Below are positions 17,431 to 24,708 of a stretch of 29,877 nt of DNA, in pieces (position 1 is the stretch's first letter; each line of letters starts with the position of its first letter). The notes beneath the pieces are model-generated. The model made no database searches and had not been told where the DNA came from. It saw nothing but the letters and a program-made list of their open reading frames with translations. The stretch spans positions 1 to 29,877 of the forward strand of contig JACRFO010000024.1 of the NCBI GenBank assembly GCA_016217865.1, read 5' to 3'. The position numbers were made by a program, and so were the translations under genes. This DNA comes from Candidatus Kerfeldbacteria bacterium (GTDB lineage Bacteria; Patescibacteriota; Patescibacteriia; SBBC01; CAIJZX01).

Positions 17431-17866
17431 GTTCGATACGCGAGATTTCACGCAGACGTCGCTGGTAGCGAGCGATCGGCCGGTATGGTTGTTTCAGCCA
17501 CAGTCGAACGATACGCTTCATTTCAGTAATCGATTGAAAATCCGATGCCAGCGATAGGACGTTCGTCTTTTCATCTCGACGGCTGCGCTGTGCGACCCGA
17601 CTGGACCATCCTTGGACAGCGCGGACTCCTTCAAATTTATTGGCAACGAGAGCCATCCCCACTCCCGAGCGGCAAACCACCACGCCAACGGCGTGACGGT
17701 CTTGTTGAATTGTCCGCGCTAAACGAGCCGCCCAGATCGGGTAATCATCGGTCGGCGTCAACCGAGCTGGACCAAGGTCAATAACTGGCTGGCCACTCCG
17801 GCGCAACCAGGCTACGAGTAGCTGCTTCTTGGTAAAACCTCCATGATCAGCCGCGATGTAGACCAT
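17420..17866 (-). CDS. rpiB: Ribose-5-phosphate isomerase B (RpiB/LacAB family), divergent
   Basis: IAADHGGF, DLG, DDYP, CRSGVG, ANKFEGVRA, TNVL; TG-C-TATACT lies 6 nt before ATG 17866. Confidence 0.88.
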   Translation of the reverse strand: MVYIAADHGGFTKKQLLVAWLRRSGQPVIDLGPARLTPTDDYPIWAARLARTIQQDRHAVGVVVCRSGVGMALVANKFEGVRAVQGWSSRVAQRSRRDEKTNVLSLASDFQSITEMKRIVRLWLKQPYRPIARYQRRLREISRIEHAR

Positions 17867-17881
17867 AGAACTAGTATAGCA

Positions 17882-17907
17882 CAACGCCGGCGGCGAGGCC
17901 GGCGTTG
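17882..17907 (-). terminator. GC-rich hairpin downstream of the cupredoxin gene
   Basis: Perfect 10-bp stem CAACGCCGGC/GCCGGCGTTG with a 6-nt loop; weak U tail; overlaps the -35 region of rpiB. Confidence 0.5.
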
Positions 17908-17912
17908 CTGGG

Positions 17913-18371
17913 CTATTGGACGATGACCGTGCCCTGGAATTTGCTATTCGTACTGTCGTCGTGATCGTGGTAGCCGAAGCTCCCCGTTCGCGTAAACGTG
18001 AAGGAGTAACTCGAACCGTTGGCGACGCCCGACAGACTATCAAATCCCGGGTAGCCGGTATGCGTCGGATGCGGATTTGAGGAGATCTGGTGTGCCGTTG
18101 AGTCGTTGTTCACGAACTTGACGGTATCGCCCGCTTTGATCGTCACAGTCTTCGGTGACACACCGCTCGAGGTAATAGTTACCGTCTGGGCGGTGACCGA
18201 CGGGGTGGTCGTGAACGAACCGGTCGTAGAACTATTCGTCGAGAGTGACGTATTGACATTGGTCGTCACGGTAACATTCGTGTTGCCGGTCGTAACGTTG
18301 GACTTGAACGAACAAGCCGCGCCGAACAGTACCAGCGCCCCTAGACCGACGAGTAAACGTGCGTGTTTCAT
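17913..18371 (-). CDS. Cupredoxin-fold lipoprotein
   Basis: Lipobox FGAAC (Cys20), T/N/S-rich linker, P.TVTIKAGDTVKFVN.D...H, YSFTF...G.FGYHDH, GTVIVQ; GGAGG SD. Confidence 0.8.
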   Translation of the reverse strand: MKHARLLVGLGALVLFGAACSFKSNVTTGNTNVTVTTNVNTSLSTNSSTTGSFTTTPSVTAQTVTITSSGVSPKTVTIKAGDTVKFVNNDSTAHQISSNPHPTHTGYPGFDSLSGVANGSSYSFTFTRTGSFGYHDHDDSTNSKFQGTVIVQ

Positions 18372-18386
18372 ATTCCCTCCGTAGAA

Positions 18387-18992
18387 TTAAAGTTCTTGCG
18401 AAAATGTGTAATTCGCTGGTGGCGTGAGCGTCGTACCCGCCGCCCCCACCATCAAGACGTACGACGTCCGATCACGGAGTACAGTTTCCGGACCGGTTGA
18501 TATTTCCTGACCGTCAGCGAAGAGCTTCAGTTGCTTGGTCGAGTCAAGATTGACGTCTAACAGCTGGGTCAAAGTATACGCTTCATCCCAAACCGTAAAG
18601 AAGTTGCCTAAAGTAAAATCGCGTTTGACCGGCGCTTCCACATGGATCACTCCGGTACCGTCATGGGTATGGAGTGGATGGAGACAATCATTCGTGATGC
18701 CGGTATCGGTTGGGATCGGGCGTTCTGTACCGTCGACAAGAATCGTCAGGTGGCTATGAATGTGAAACGTCGTGGCCATGTCGGTCGTACAAGACAACAC
18801 AATCCGACGTAGCTCATCGGCTTTCTTGGTCGCAGTACTGGCATCCGACGGTGCCGGCCTGCTCATGAACCACCATCCGGCTGACCCGGCCACGATAACG
18901 ATCGCGGCCAGCCACCACCATGGTGCGCGGCTCGTGGTAGCACCGCGTGCGGCTAGTTTTCTTGCGCGTCGTTCAGCCCGGGATTCGTACAT
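18387..18992 (-). CDS. Membrane-anchored hypothetical protein with HIHSHL and HTHD..G.IHVE His motifs
   Basis: Basic N-terminus, one TM, His-rich extracytoplasmic domain; promoter TTGTAT-17-TAATAT lies 6 nt before the ATG. Confidence 0.7.
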   Translation of the reverse strand: MYESRAERRARKLAARGATTSRAPWWWLAAIVIVAGSAGWWFMSRPAPSDASTATKKADELRRIVLSCTTDMATTFHIHSHLTILVDGTERPIPTDTGITNDCLHPLHTHDGTGVIHVEAPVKRDFTLGNFFTVWDEAYTLTQLLDVNLDSTKQLKLFADGQEISTGPETVLRDRTSYVLMVGAAGTTLTPPANYTFSQEL

Positions 18993-19027
18993 AGAGTTAT
19001 ATTACTACTACAAGTCGTAGTATACAA

Positions 19028-19333
19028 TCAGCCACGCAACATGGTCAATTGCTGTCGAGCTTCGGGTGAAATCTTATCGGGGTTCCACGGCGGGTCAAAG
19101 GTGACGTCAATGACGACGGTAGTGCAACCAGTCGCAGCATTGATCTTCGTTTCCATGTCCTGGCGAAAATACGGGACGAGCGGGCAACCGGGCGTTGTCA
19201 GCGTCATCAACACATGCACCGTCGGTCCGTCGACGGTGACATCGTAAATCAGTCCGAGGCTAACGACATCGAGTCCCAACTCCGGGTCGTAACACTTCTG
19301 TAACGCCTGGTACACCTGATCACGCATACTCAT
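19028..19333 (-). CDS. DUF59 / SufT / PaaD-like metal-sulfur cluster biosynthesis protein
   Basis: DPELGLDVVSLGLIYDV, MTLTTPGCP, TFDPPWNPDKIS. Start set at ATG 19333, after the trxB stop. Confidence 0.9.
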   Translation of the reverse strand: MSMRDQVYQALQKCYDPELGLDVVSLGLIYDVTVDGPTVHVLMTLTTPGCPLVPYFRQDMETKINAATGCTTVVIDVTFDPPWNPDKISPEARQQLTMLRG

Positions 19334-19338
19334 GGTCC

Positions 19339-20268
19339 CTACGTGGTGGCGTTGAGATGAGCTAAAAACTTTTCCGCTTCCAGCGCTGCCATGCACCCCC
19401 AGCCAGCAGCAGTCACGGCTTGACGGTAACGGTAATCGGCCACGTCGCCGCCGATGAATACCCCTGGGACGCTGCTGAAGACTTGGTCTTTCACAACTAA
19501 GTACCCTTTCACGTCCAATTCGAGTTGTCCCTGGAAGATCGACGTGTTCGGTTGATGCCCGATAGCTAGAAACACACCGCCCGTGGCAACGTCCTCCGTC
19601 GTCCCGTTTTCGGCATGTTGGAGTTTGACGCCCGTCACGGTTTCGCTGCCGAGCACGTCAACCACGTTGACTCCGTAACGGATGGAAATCTTCGGATCCT
19701 GTTCGGCCCGGTGCTGGAGCGCCTTGCTCGCCCGGAGCGCTTGACCACGAACGAGGACCGTCACCTTCGTCGCAAACTTCGTCAGGTAGGTTGCTTCTTC
19801 CAAGGCTGCATCTCCCCCACCAACTACGACTAGTTCCTTGCCTTTAAAGAAGAAGCCGTCGCACGTGGCACAAGCGGAAACACCATGCCCGCGAAGACGC
19901 TGCTCGTTCGGCAAACCAAGCCATTTCGCCGATGCACCAGTGCTGATAATGACTGATTCGGCCTCCGTCACATCCTCCCCAGCCCAGAGTTTGAAGGGTC
20001 GCTGTGAAAAGTCTACTTTTGTGACAGTCGACTCAACGATGGTCGTCCCAAATCGCGAGGCTTGTTCGCGCATGGCCTGCATCAGTTCCGGACCGATAAC
20101 CCCTTTCGGGAACCCTGGGAAATTCTCGACCTCGGTGGTCCACATCAGCTGGCCACCTGGCTCCGGGCCGGCGAACAACACCGGTTTGAGATCGGCTCGG
20201 GCGGCATAGATTCCCGCGGTGTATCCGGCAGGTCCTGAACCTAAAATGGCGACTTTGACGTGCTGCAT
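19339..20268 (-). CDS. trxB: Thioredoxin-disulfide reductase
   Basis: GSGPAG, GGQL, VENFPG, CATCDG, GGGDAALEEA, GDVAD..YRQAVTAAG.G; TG-C-TACACT lies 8 nt before ATG 20268. Confidence 0.97.
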   Translation of the reverse strand: MQHVKVAILGSGPAGYTAGIYAARADLKPVLFAGPEPGGQLMWTTEVENFPGFPKGVIGPELMQAMREQASRFGTTIVESTVTKVDFSQRPFKLWAGEDVTEAESVIISTGASAKWLGLPNEQRLRGHGVSACATCDGFFFKGKELVVVGGGDAALEEATYLTKFATKVTVLVRGQALRASKALQHRAEQDPKISIRYGVNVVDVLGSETVTGVKLQHAENGTTEDVATGGVFLAIGHQPNTSIFQGQLELDVKGYLVVKDQVFSSVPGVFIGGDVADYRYRQAVTAAGWGCMAALEAEKFLAHLNATT

Positions 20269-20478
20269 AAGACTGCAGTGTAGCACAGACGGCTCAATCT
20301 TCATAACCCAGCGGCGGGGTATTTCGCTTTACCTTAGCCAAAATTATCGGTTCAGTCCCCTGCTCGACTCGTTCTGTGGTTGCATTTTTCACCTACCAGA
20401 CTTGACTGACCTCCCCAGAAAACCCAAGGTTTGCTATACTTTGTGAGGATATTTACTTATTAAGTACGTTGTCACCAT

Positions 20479-20772
20479 ATGGCAGACAAACCAATGACCA
20501 AGTCTGGTCTCGTGGCCTTCCTGGCCGAAAAGTCCGGTATGAGCAAGAAAGACGTGAGCACCTTCTGGGAGCTCCTCGTCGATACGGCCTACAAGCAGGC
20601 CAAGACAGTCGGTGAAATCACCCTGCCGGGTCTCGGCAAGTTGATGAAGAAGAACCGCGCCGCTCGCCAAGGCCGCAACCCGGCTACGGGCGAAACGATC
20701 CAGATTCCGGCCAAGACGGTGGTCAAGTTCCGTGTGGCCAAAGCTGCTAAGGATTCGATCCTCGGCAAATAA
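20479..20772 (+). CDS. hup: HU family DNA-binding protein
   Basis: MTKSGLV, ITLPGLG, RAARQGRNPATGETIQIPAKTVVKFR; TG-C-TATACT at 20432-40. Confidence 0.96.
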   Translation: MADKPMTKSGLVAFLAEKSGMSKKDVSTFWELLVDTAYKQAKTVGEITLPGLGKLMKKNRAARQGRNPATGETIQIPAKTVVKFRVAKAAKDSILGK

Positions 20773-20789
20773 GCGTCCGATTGAAACAC

Positions 20790-20820
20790 CATCCGGCCTA
20801 GCGGCCGGATGTTTGTTATT
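20790..20820. terminator. Rho-independent terminator, probably bidirectional, between hup and the beta-CASP gene
   Basis: CATCCGGCC-TAGC-GGCCGGATG followed by TTTGTTATT; A-rich upstream. Confidence 0.8.
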
Positions 20821-22211
20821 TACACGTCGTACGTTTGCCCGCGCGTTGGGATCGTCACCTGCCAATCAGGATGATCGGTCTGGAGGCGCTGCTGGAGTAC
20901 ACTGGCGCGGTTCGGTTCACCATGAACAAGGTACACGTTACGGACGCCAGTGATGGCGGCCGCGTAGGCCGACAATTCATTCACGTCAGCATGGGCTGAC
21001 AGGTCGTTAAGCGTCGCCACTTCCGCTCTGACCGGGTGGGACCGGCCAAACAACCTGACGGTTGGTTGACGTTCAACGATATGACGGCCAACGGTTCCTT
21101 GGGCTTGGTAGCCGGTAAAGAGCACCATGTTCTTCGGATCATCGAGGGTATTGGCGAGATGGTGCATAATCCGTCCCCCCGTCGCCATCCCTGACGCACT
21201 GATGATCATCAACGGTCCAGACATGCTGTTGAGCGCCTTCGAGTCCTCAACGCTGTGGGTGTACTGTAAGTTCCTAAAGATGAGCGGGTCTTCGCCAGGC
21301 AAACGGAAATCACTTTTCGTTTCTGCATCGTACTCTTGCTGGTGCTGGGTAAAGACCGTCGTGATCTGGCTAGCCAACGGACTATCGACGTAGATGGGCA
21401 GGCGCGGTATCCGCCCCTGGTCCGTCAACTCATGCAACAAGTAGACCAGTTCCTGGGTTCGGCCAAGTGAGAAGGCCGGGACAACGATCTTTCCTCGACG
21501 GGCGACCACCCGCTGGACCAGTTCGGTCAGCTTACCCATGACACTGTGCACCGGTTGGTGTTCACGACCTCCGTACGTTGATTCCATGATCAGCGTCGCC
21601 ACTGGATCGTGGACGACAACGGGGTCGTTGAGGAGTGGTGTATCCTGACGACCTAAGTCACCCGTAAACGCGACCGCCTCCCGGCCATCGGTGACAACAA
21701 TGACTGCCGAACCGAGGATGTGACCGGCGTCGTACAACTTCGCCTTGATGCCCGGACAAACGTCATGCCAGATACCGCTACCATTCGCATACGGCCAAAC
21801 CTGCCAGCGCTGCATGACGGCCGGGATATCTTCGGCTGTGTAGAGCGGAACAACTAATTCTGAACCAGGCCAGCGTTTACGATTAGCATACTCCGCATCC
21901 TGCTGTTGGAGCTTAGCCGCATCAAGGAGAATGAGCTCGGCTAAATCCCGCGTGGCGGCGGTCGAAATAATTGGACCGGTAAAGCCTGATTTCACCAAAA
22001 CCGGCAACAGTCCAACGTGGTCGAGGTGCGCGTGCGAGATGAGTATCGCCGTGATCGAACTTCCCGGGAACGGTAGCCGGTTACGATCACCCTGCTCACG
22101 GGCTGGGCCTTGGTACATCCCACAATCGAGTAGGATTCGCTGTTCGCCGAACTCTACCAAGTGTTTCGATCCGGTCACTTCGCCGGCAGCTCCAAAAAAC
22201 GTCAAACGCAT
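20820..22211 (-). CDS. MBL-fold / beta-CASP ribonuclease (Ysh1/COG1236-like)
   Basis: GAAGEVTGS, LDCGMYQG, SHAHLDHVG, AGHILGS, FTGDLG, MESTYG, AFSLGRTQE, SASGMATGGR, SAHAD, VHGE. Confidence 0.93.
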   Translation of the reverse strand: MRLTFFGAAGEVTGSKHLVEFGEQRILLDCGMYQGPAREQGDRNRLPFPGSSITAILISHAHLDHVGLLPVLVKSGFTGPIISTAATRDLAELILLDAAKLQQQDAEYANRKRWPGSELVVPLYTAEDIPAVMQRWQVWPYANGSGIWHDVCPGIKAKLYDAGHILGSAVIVVTDGREAVAFTGDLGRQDTPLLNDPVVVHDPVATLIMESTYGGREHQPVHSVMGKLTELVQRVVARRGKIVVPAFSLGRTQELVYLLHELTDQGRIPRLPIYVDSPLASQITTVFTQHQQEYDAETKSDFRLPGEDPLIFRNLQYTHSVEDSKALNSMSGPLMIISASGMATGGRIMHHLANTLDDPKNMVLFTGYQAQGTVGRHIVERQPTVRLFGRSHPVRAEVATLNDLSAHADVNELSAYAAAITGVRNVYLVHGEPNRASVLQQRLQTDHPDWQVTIPTRGQTYDV

Positions 22212-22212
22212 A

Positions 22213-23892
22213 TCAATCGGTATCCAGGTGTTTAACTAAGCGTTGGTCGTGCCGACGGAGTTGATCGAGATGTTTGAGTTTGATGTCGCGAGCAATTGCT
22301 TGACCGAGGAGGTGGCCGGCGGTGAGGTGTGGGCGAAAGACGTAATCAACTCCCGCAGCGTAAAGTTGCGCCGTATCAGCGTCGTTCTCGCCCCGAATGA
22401 CCAGCCGCGGTTTCCGCTTCTGACTTCGGAGGTACTCAATCAGGTTTAAATTCTCCGTCATATTCGGAACGGTTGAAATAACGAGTCGCACTCGGCGGAA
22501 ATCTATGTGTTTCAAAATATCATGATCACTCACGTCGCCGAACAGCACGCGGTAACGCCGGGCCTGCAAGTCAGCGACCACATCCGGGTCATCATCAATG
22601 ATGACCAGCTCTTCTCGACCGAGGCTGGTGGCGATGTTCTGCCCGACCCGGTGCGCCCCGATCAAGAGGATTGGCCGGCTGTACATCGGCAGTTCCTCTC
22701 CTTCGGAAGGGGCCTGGCTGCGGTGGAAGAAGCTGACCACTGGTTCGAGCCACCCATACAACCGATCACCATGCATGATCATGTACGAAGAAACCGCAAT
22801 TGTGATAATGCCAACGGCCGTAATGATCGTTACATCCTGCTGATCGATATGCCCGAGGCTCAACCCGAGGCTCGCGAGGATGAGACTAAATTCAGAAATC
22901 TGCGCTACGGTAATGCCGGTAAGAAAACTGGTTCGGCGATGGTAACCCATCCAGCCCATGATGATTAGCACGATGACCGGATTGCCAACAAGCACAAACA
23001 GCGAGTAGACAAGAATCGGGCCAGTCAGGGCTGCCATGTTCGTCAGGACGATGCTGCTACCGAGGACGATGAAGAACAAAACAATGAAGAAGTCACGCAG
23101 TGGCCGAATCCGGCTGGCGATTTGGTAGTGCGTTGAGGAGTTCGCTAAGGCGATGCCGGCGAGAAACCCGCCGATTTCCGTCGACAACCCCATCGAGCGG
23201 ACGATAGCCGCTAAGGCAAAGACCCAGGCCAGGCTCGATAAGAACAGGAGTTCTTCAGAATGAGCAATTTTCGAGAAAATCTGCGGAATGATCGAACGGC
23301 CCAGCCAAAAAGCGAACAAGAACAGGAGGATGGCCTGCCCGATCGTCAGTACCAATGGTCCAGCCGAAACCGTTGCCCCATCGCGGACGCTGGCCAGAAT
23401 CACGAGAAGGAGAATCGCCACGATGTCCTGGACGAGCAGGATGCCGAGACTCAACTTACCGTAGAGGCTGTTAATGTCTTGACGTTCAGAGAGTAACTTG
23501 ACGACCACGACGGTGCTGGAGAACGTCAGCGCCATAGCAATGTAGGCGGCCGAGAGCGGCGTCAGTTGCAAGAAGATGCCGATGAAAAAACCGCCGACAA
23601 AGGTGAAGACGATTTGACCTAAGCCGAGAATAATGGCTGCCCAACCGATCCGTCGCAACGCACCGACGTTAATTTCCAGTCCAACCATGAAGAGCAGGAG
23701 GGTAACGCCGAGTTCTGAAAACGTTTGGTAGATCGGGCGCGTGTCTGTATTCACTAAGCCAACGCCAGCAATCATCATGCCGACGACCAGGTACGCGAGG
23801 ATCATCGGTTGTTTTAGTACACGCGCCACCATCCCTACCACTGCGGTCAGGGAAAGGAGGAGGGCTAACTCGGTGATGCCATCGGTGATCAT
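22213..23892 (-). CDS. CPA2 cation:proton antiporter with C-terminal KTN/RCK domain (KefB/C-like)
   Basis: About 12-13 TM segments; GVTLLLFMVGLE, FSSTVVVVKLL, LLVQD, SQ/ISEFS, IGAHRVG, GDVSD. Confidence 0.9.
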   Translation of the reverse strand: MITDGITELALLLSLTAVVGMVARVLKQPMILAYLVVGMMIAGVGLVNTDTRPIYQTFSELGVTLLLFMVGLEINVGALRRIGWAAIILGLGQIVFTFVGGFFIGIFLQLTPLSAAYIAMALTFSSTVVVVKLLSERQDINSLYGKLSLGILLVQDIVAILLLVILASVRDGATVSAGPLVLTIGQAILLFLFAFWLGRSIIPQIFSKIAHSEELLFLSSLAWVFALAAIVRSMGLSTEIGGFLAGIALANSSTHYQIASRIRPLRDFFIVLFFIVLGSSIVLTNMAALTGPILVYSLFVLVGNPVIVLIIMGWMGYHRRTSFLTGITVAQISEFSLILASLGLSLGHIDQQDVTIITAVGIITIAVSSYMIMHGDRLYGWLEPVVSFFHRSQAPSEGEELPMYSRPILLIGAHRVGQNIATSLGREELVIIDDDPDVVADLQARRYRVLFGDVSDHDILKHIDFRRVRLVISTVPNMTENLNLIEYLRSQKRKPRLVIRGENDADTAQLYAAGVDYVFRPHLTAGHLLGQAIARDIKLKHLDQLRRHDQRLVKHLDTD

Positions 23893-23978
23893 GTCGAGTA
23901 TTTCTGTGTGTTCGTTTTTCGCTTAGCTGTAGTGTACCATACAACCGCCAGCCTGGCAGCTACTCCCCTGCGCACCGC

Positions 23979-24506
23979 CTAGCGCCGAAATTTGACGTAG
24001 ATAAGCTCATCAATCAGGCGGCCGCGTTTATTGAAGTGTTTGATCAGCAGCGCTTCACGCTTGAATCCCGCCTTTTCGAGAACGCGGGCAGAACCGATAT
24101 TGAAGCTGAAGACGTGCGCATCAATCCGGACCAGTCGGTAGCGACGAAACGCGTAGGCGGTGAGGAGACGAACTACCCGGGTCATGATCCCCTGCCCCCA
24201 GTACGGCCGGCCTAACCAGTACCCAAGTGTTCCGCGCTGTCCATCAAGGTCAATCCCGATGACACCAACTATATGTCCATCGATTTCAATACCAAGGTGG
24301 AGCCGATCGGCCTTTTTCTGACGGTACTCGCGCTGTAACACCTTCAGCCAACTCGTCGCATGCGACTTACGGTACGGCGACGGCAATGCTGCAGTGTTGC
24401 GGGCAATCCCGCGGTCGTTGGCATACGTGGCCATGGAATCAGCATCCGACAGTCGCAGGTGGCGGAGTGTAATCGGACCAGAGTGGAGGGTGAAGGGCTT
24501 CTTCAT
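23979..24506 (-). CDS. GNAT N-acetyltransferase, RimJ/RimL family
   Basis: LRHLRLSDA, LGYWLGRPYWGQGIMT, NIGSARVLEKAGFKRE; TG-C-TATACT lies 6 nt before the ATG. Confidence 0.9.
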   Translation of the reverse strand: MKKPFTLHSGPITLRHLRLSDADSMATYANDRGIARNTAALPSPYRKSHATSWLKVLQREYRQKKADRLHLGIEIDGHIVGVIGIDLDGQRGTLGYWLGRPYWGQGIMTRVVRLLTAYAFRRYRLVRIDAHVFSFNIGSARVLEKAGFKREALLIKHFNKRGRLIDELIYVKFRR

Positions 24507-24546
24507 GTATTCAGTATAGCAAAAAACATATGACGTTGGTTATGAG

Positions 24547-24562
24547 CCATGATACCCGCCTC
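24547..24562 (-). repeat. 16-nt exact copy of the tRNA-Gln anticodon 3' strand, variable loop and 5' T-stem
   Basis: CCATGATACCCGCCTC is identical to 24781-24796. Confidence 0.85.
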
Positions 24563-24607
24563 TCCCCGTCCGACACCTCTCTCAAAACGCATGTATATTG
24601 GCACGCT

Positions 24608-24708
24608 GCTCCGGGACATGGATTCGCCCTCACTCCTTATTGCGCTGTCGCTCGGGCCGGGGCTTGCGCTCGGCTGCCACCGGCAGCCGAGCTCGCCCTT
24701 CGAATCCA
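24608..24708 (-). repeat. Structured tRNA-Gln-linked element ending in a 19-nt duplicate of the tRNA 3' end
   Basis: 24608-24626 = 24760-24778; 24699-24708 is the reverse complement of 24771-24780; perfect 11-bp hairpin at 24668-24692. Confidence 0.8.

Noticed and set aside
13448-17866. Canonical AMP-RuBisCO pathway locus
   Set aside because: No RuBisCO large subunit or eIF2B-like R15P isomerase motifs occur anywhere in the window. Their presence elsewhere in the genome cannot be excluded.
2765-23968. CTACTCCCC occurs three times between genes (2765, 10448, 23960)
   Set aside because: The contexts are unrelated: a hairpin arm pairing with the M23 gene end, a promoter discriminator, and a post-stop spacer. 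It is a short, post-hoc match.
23893-23969. AGGGGAGTAGC upstream of the cation antiporter resembles the 5' end of a yybP-ykoY (Mn2+) riboswitch
   Set aside because: The downstream conserved elements (CGUCA-type loop, GAGACC) are absent, and a likely promoter (CTGCCA-17-TGGTACACT, -10 at 23936-31) lies downstream of the motif. An Infernal RF00080 search would settle it.
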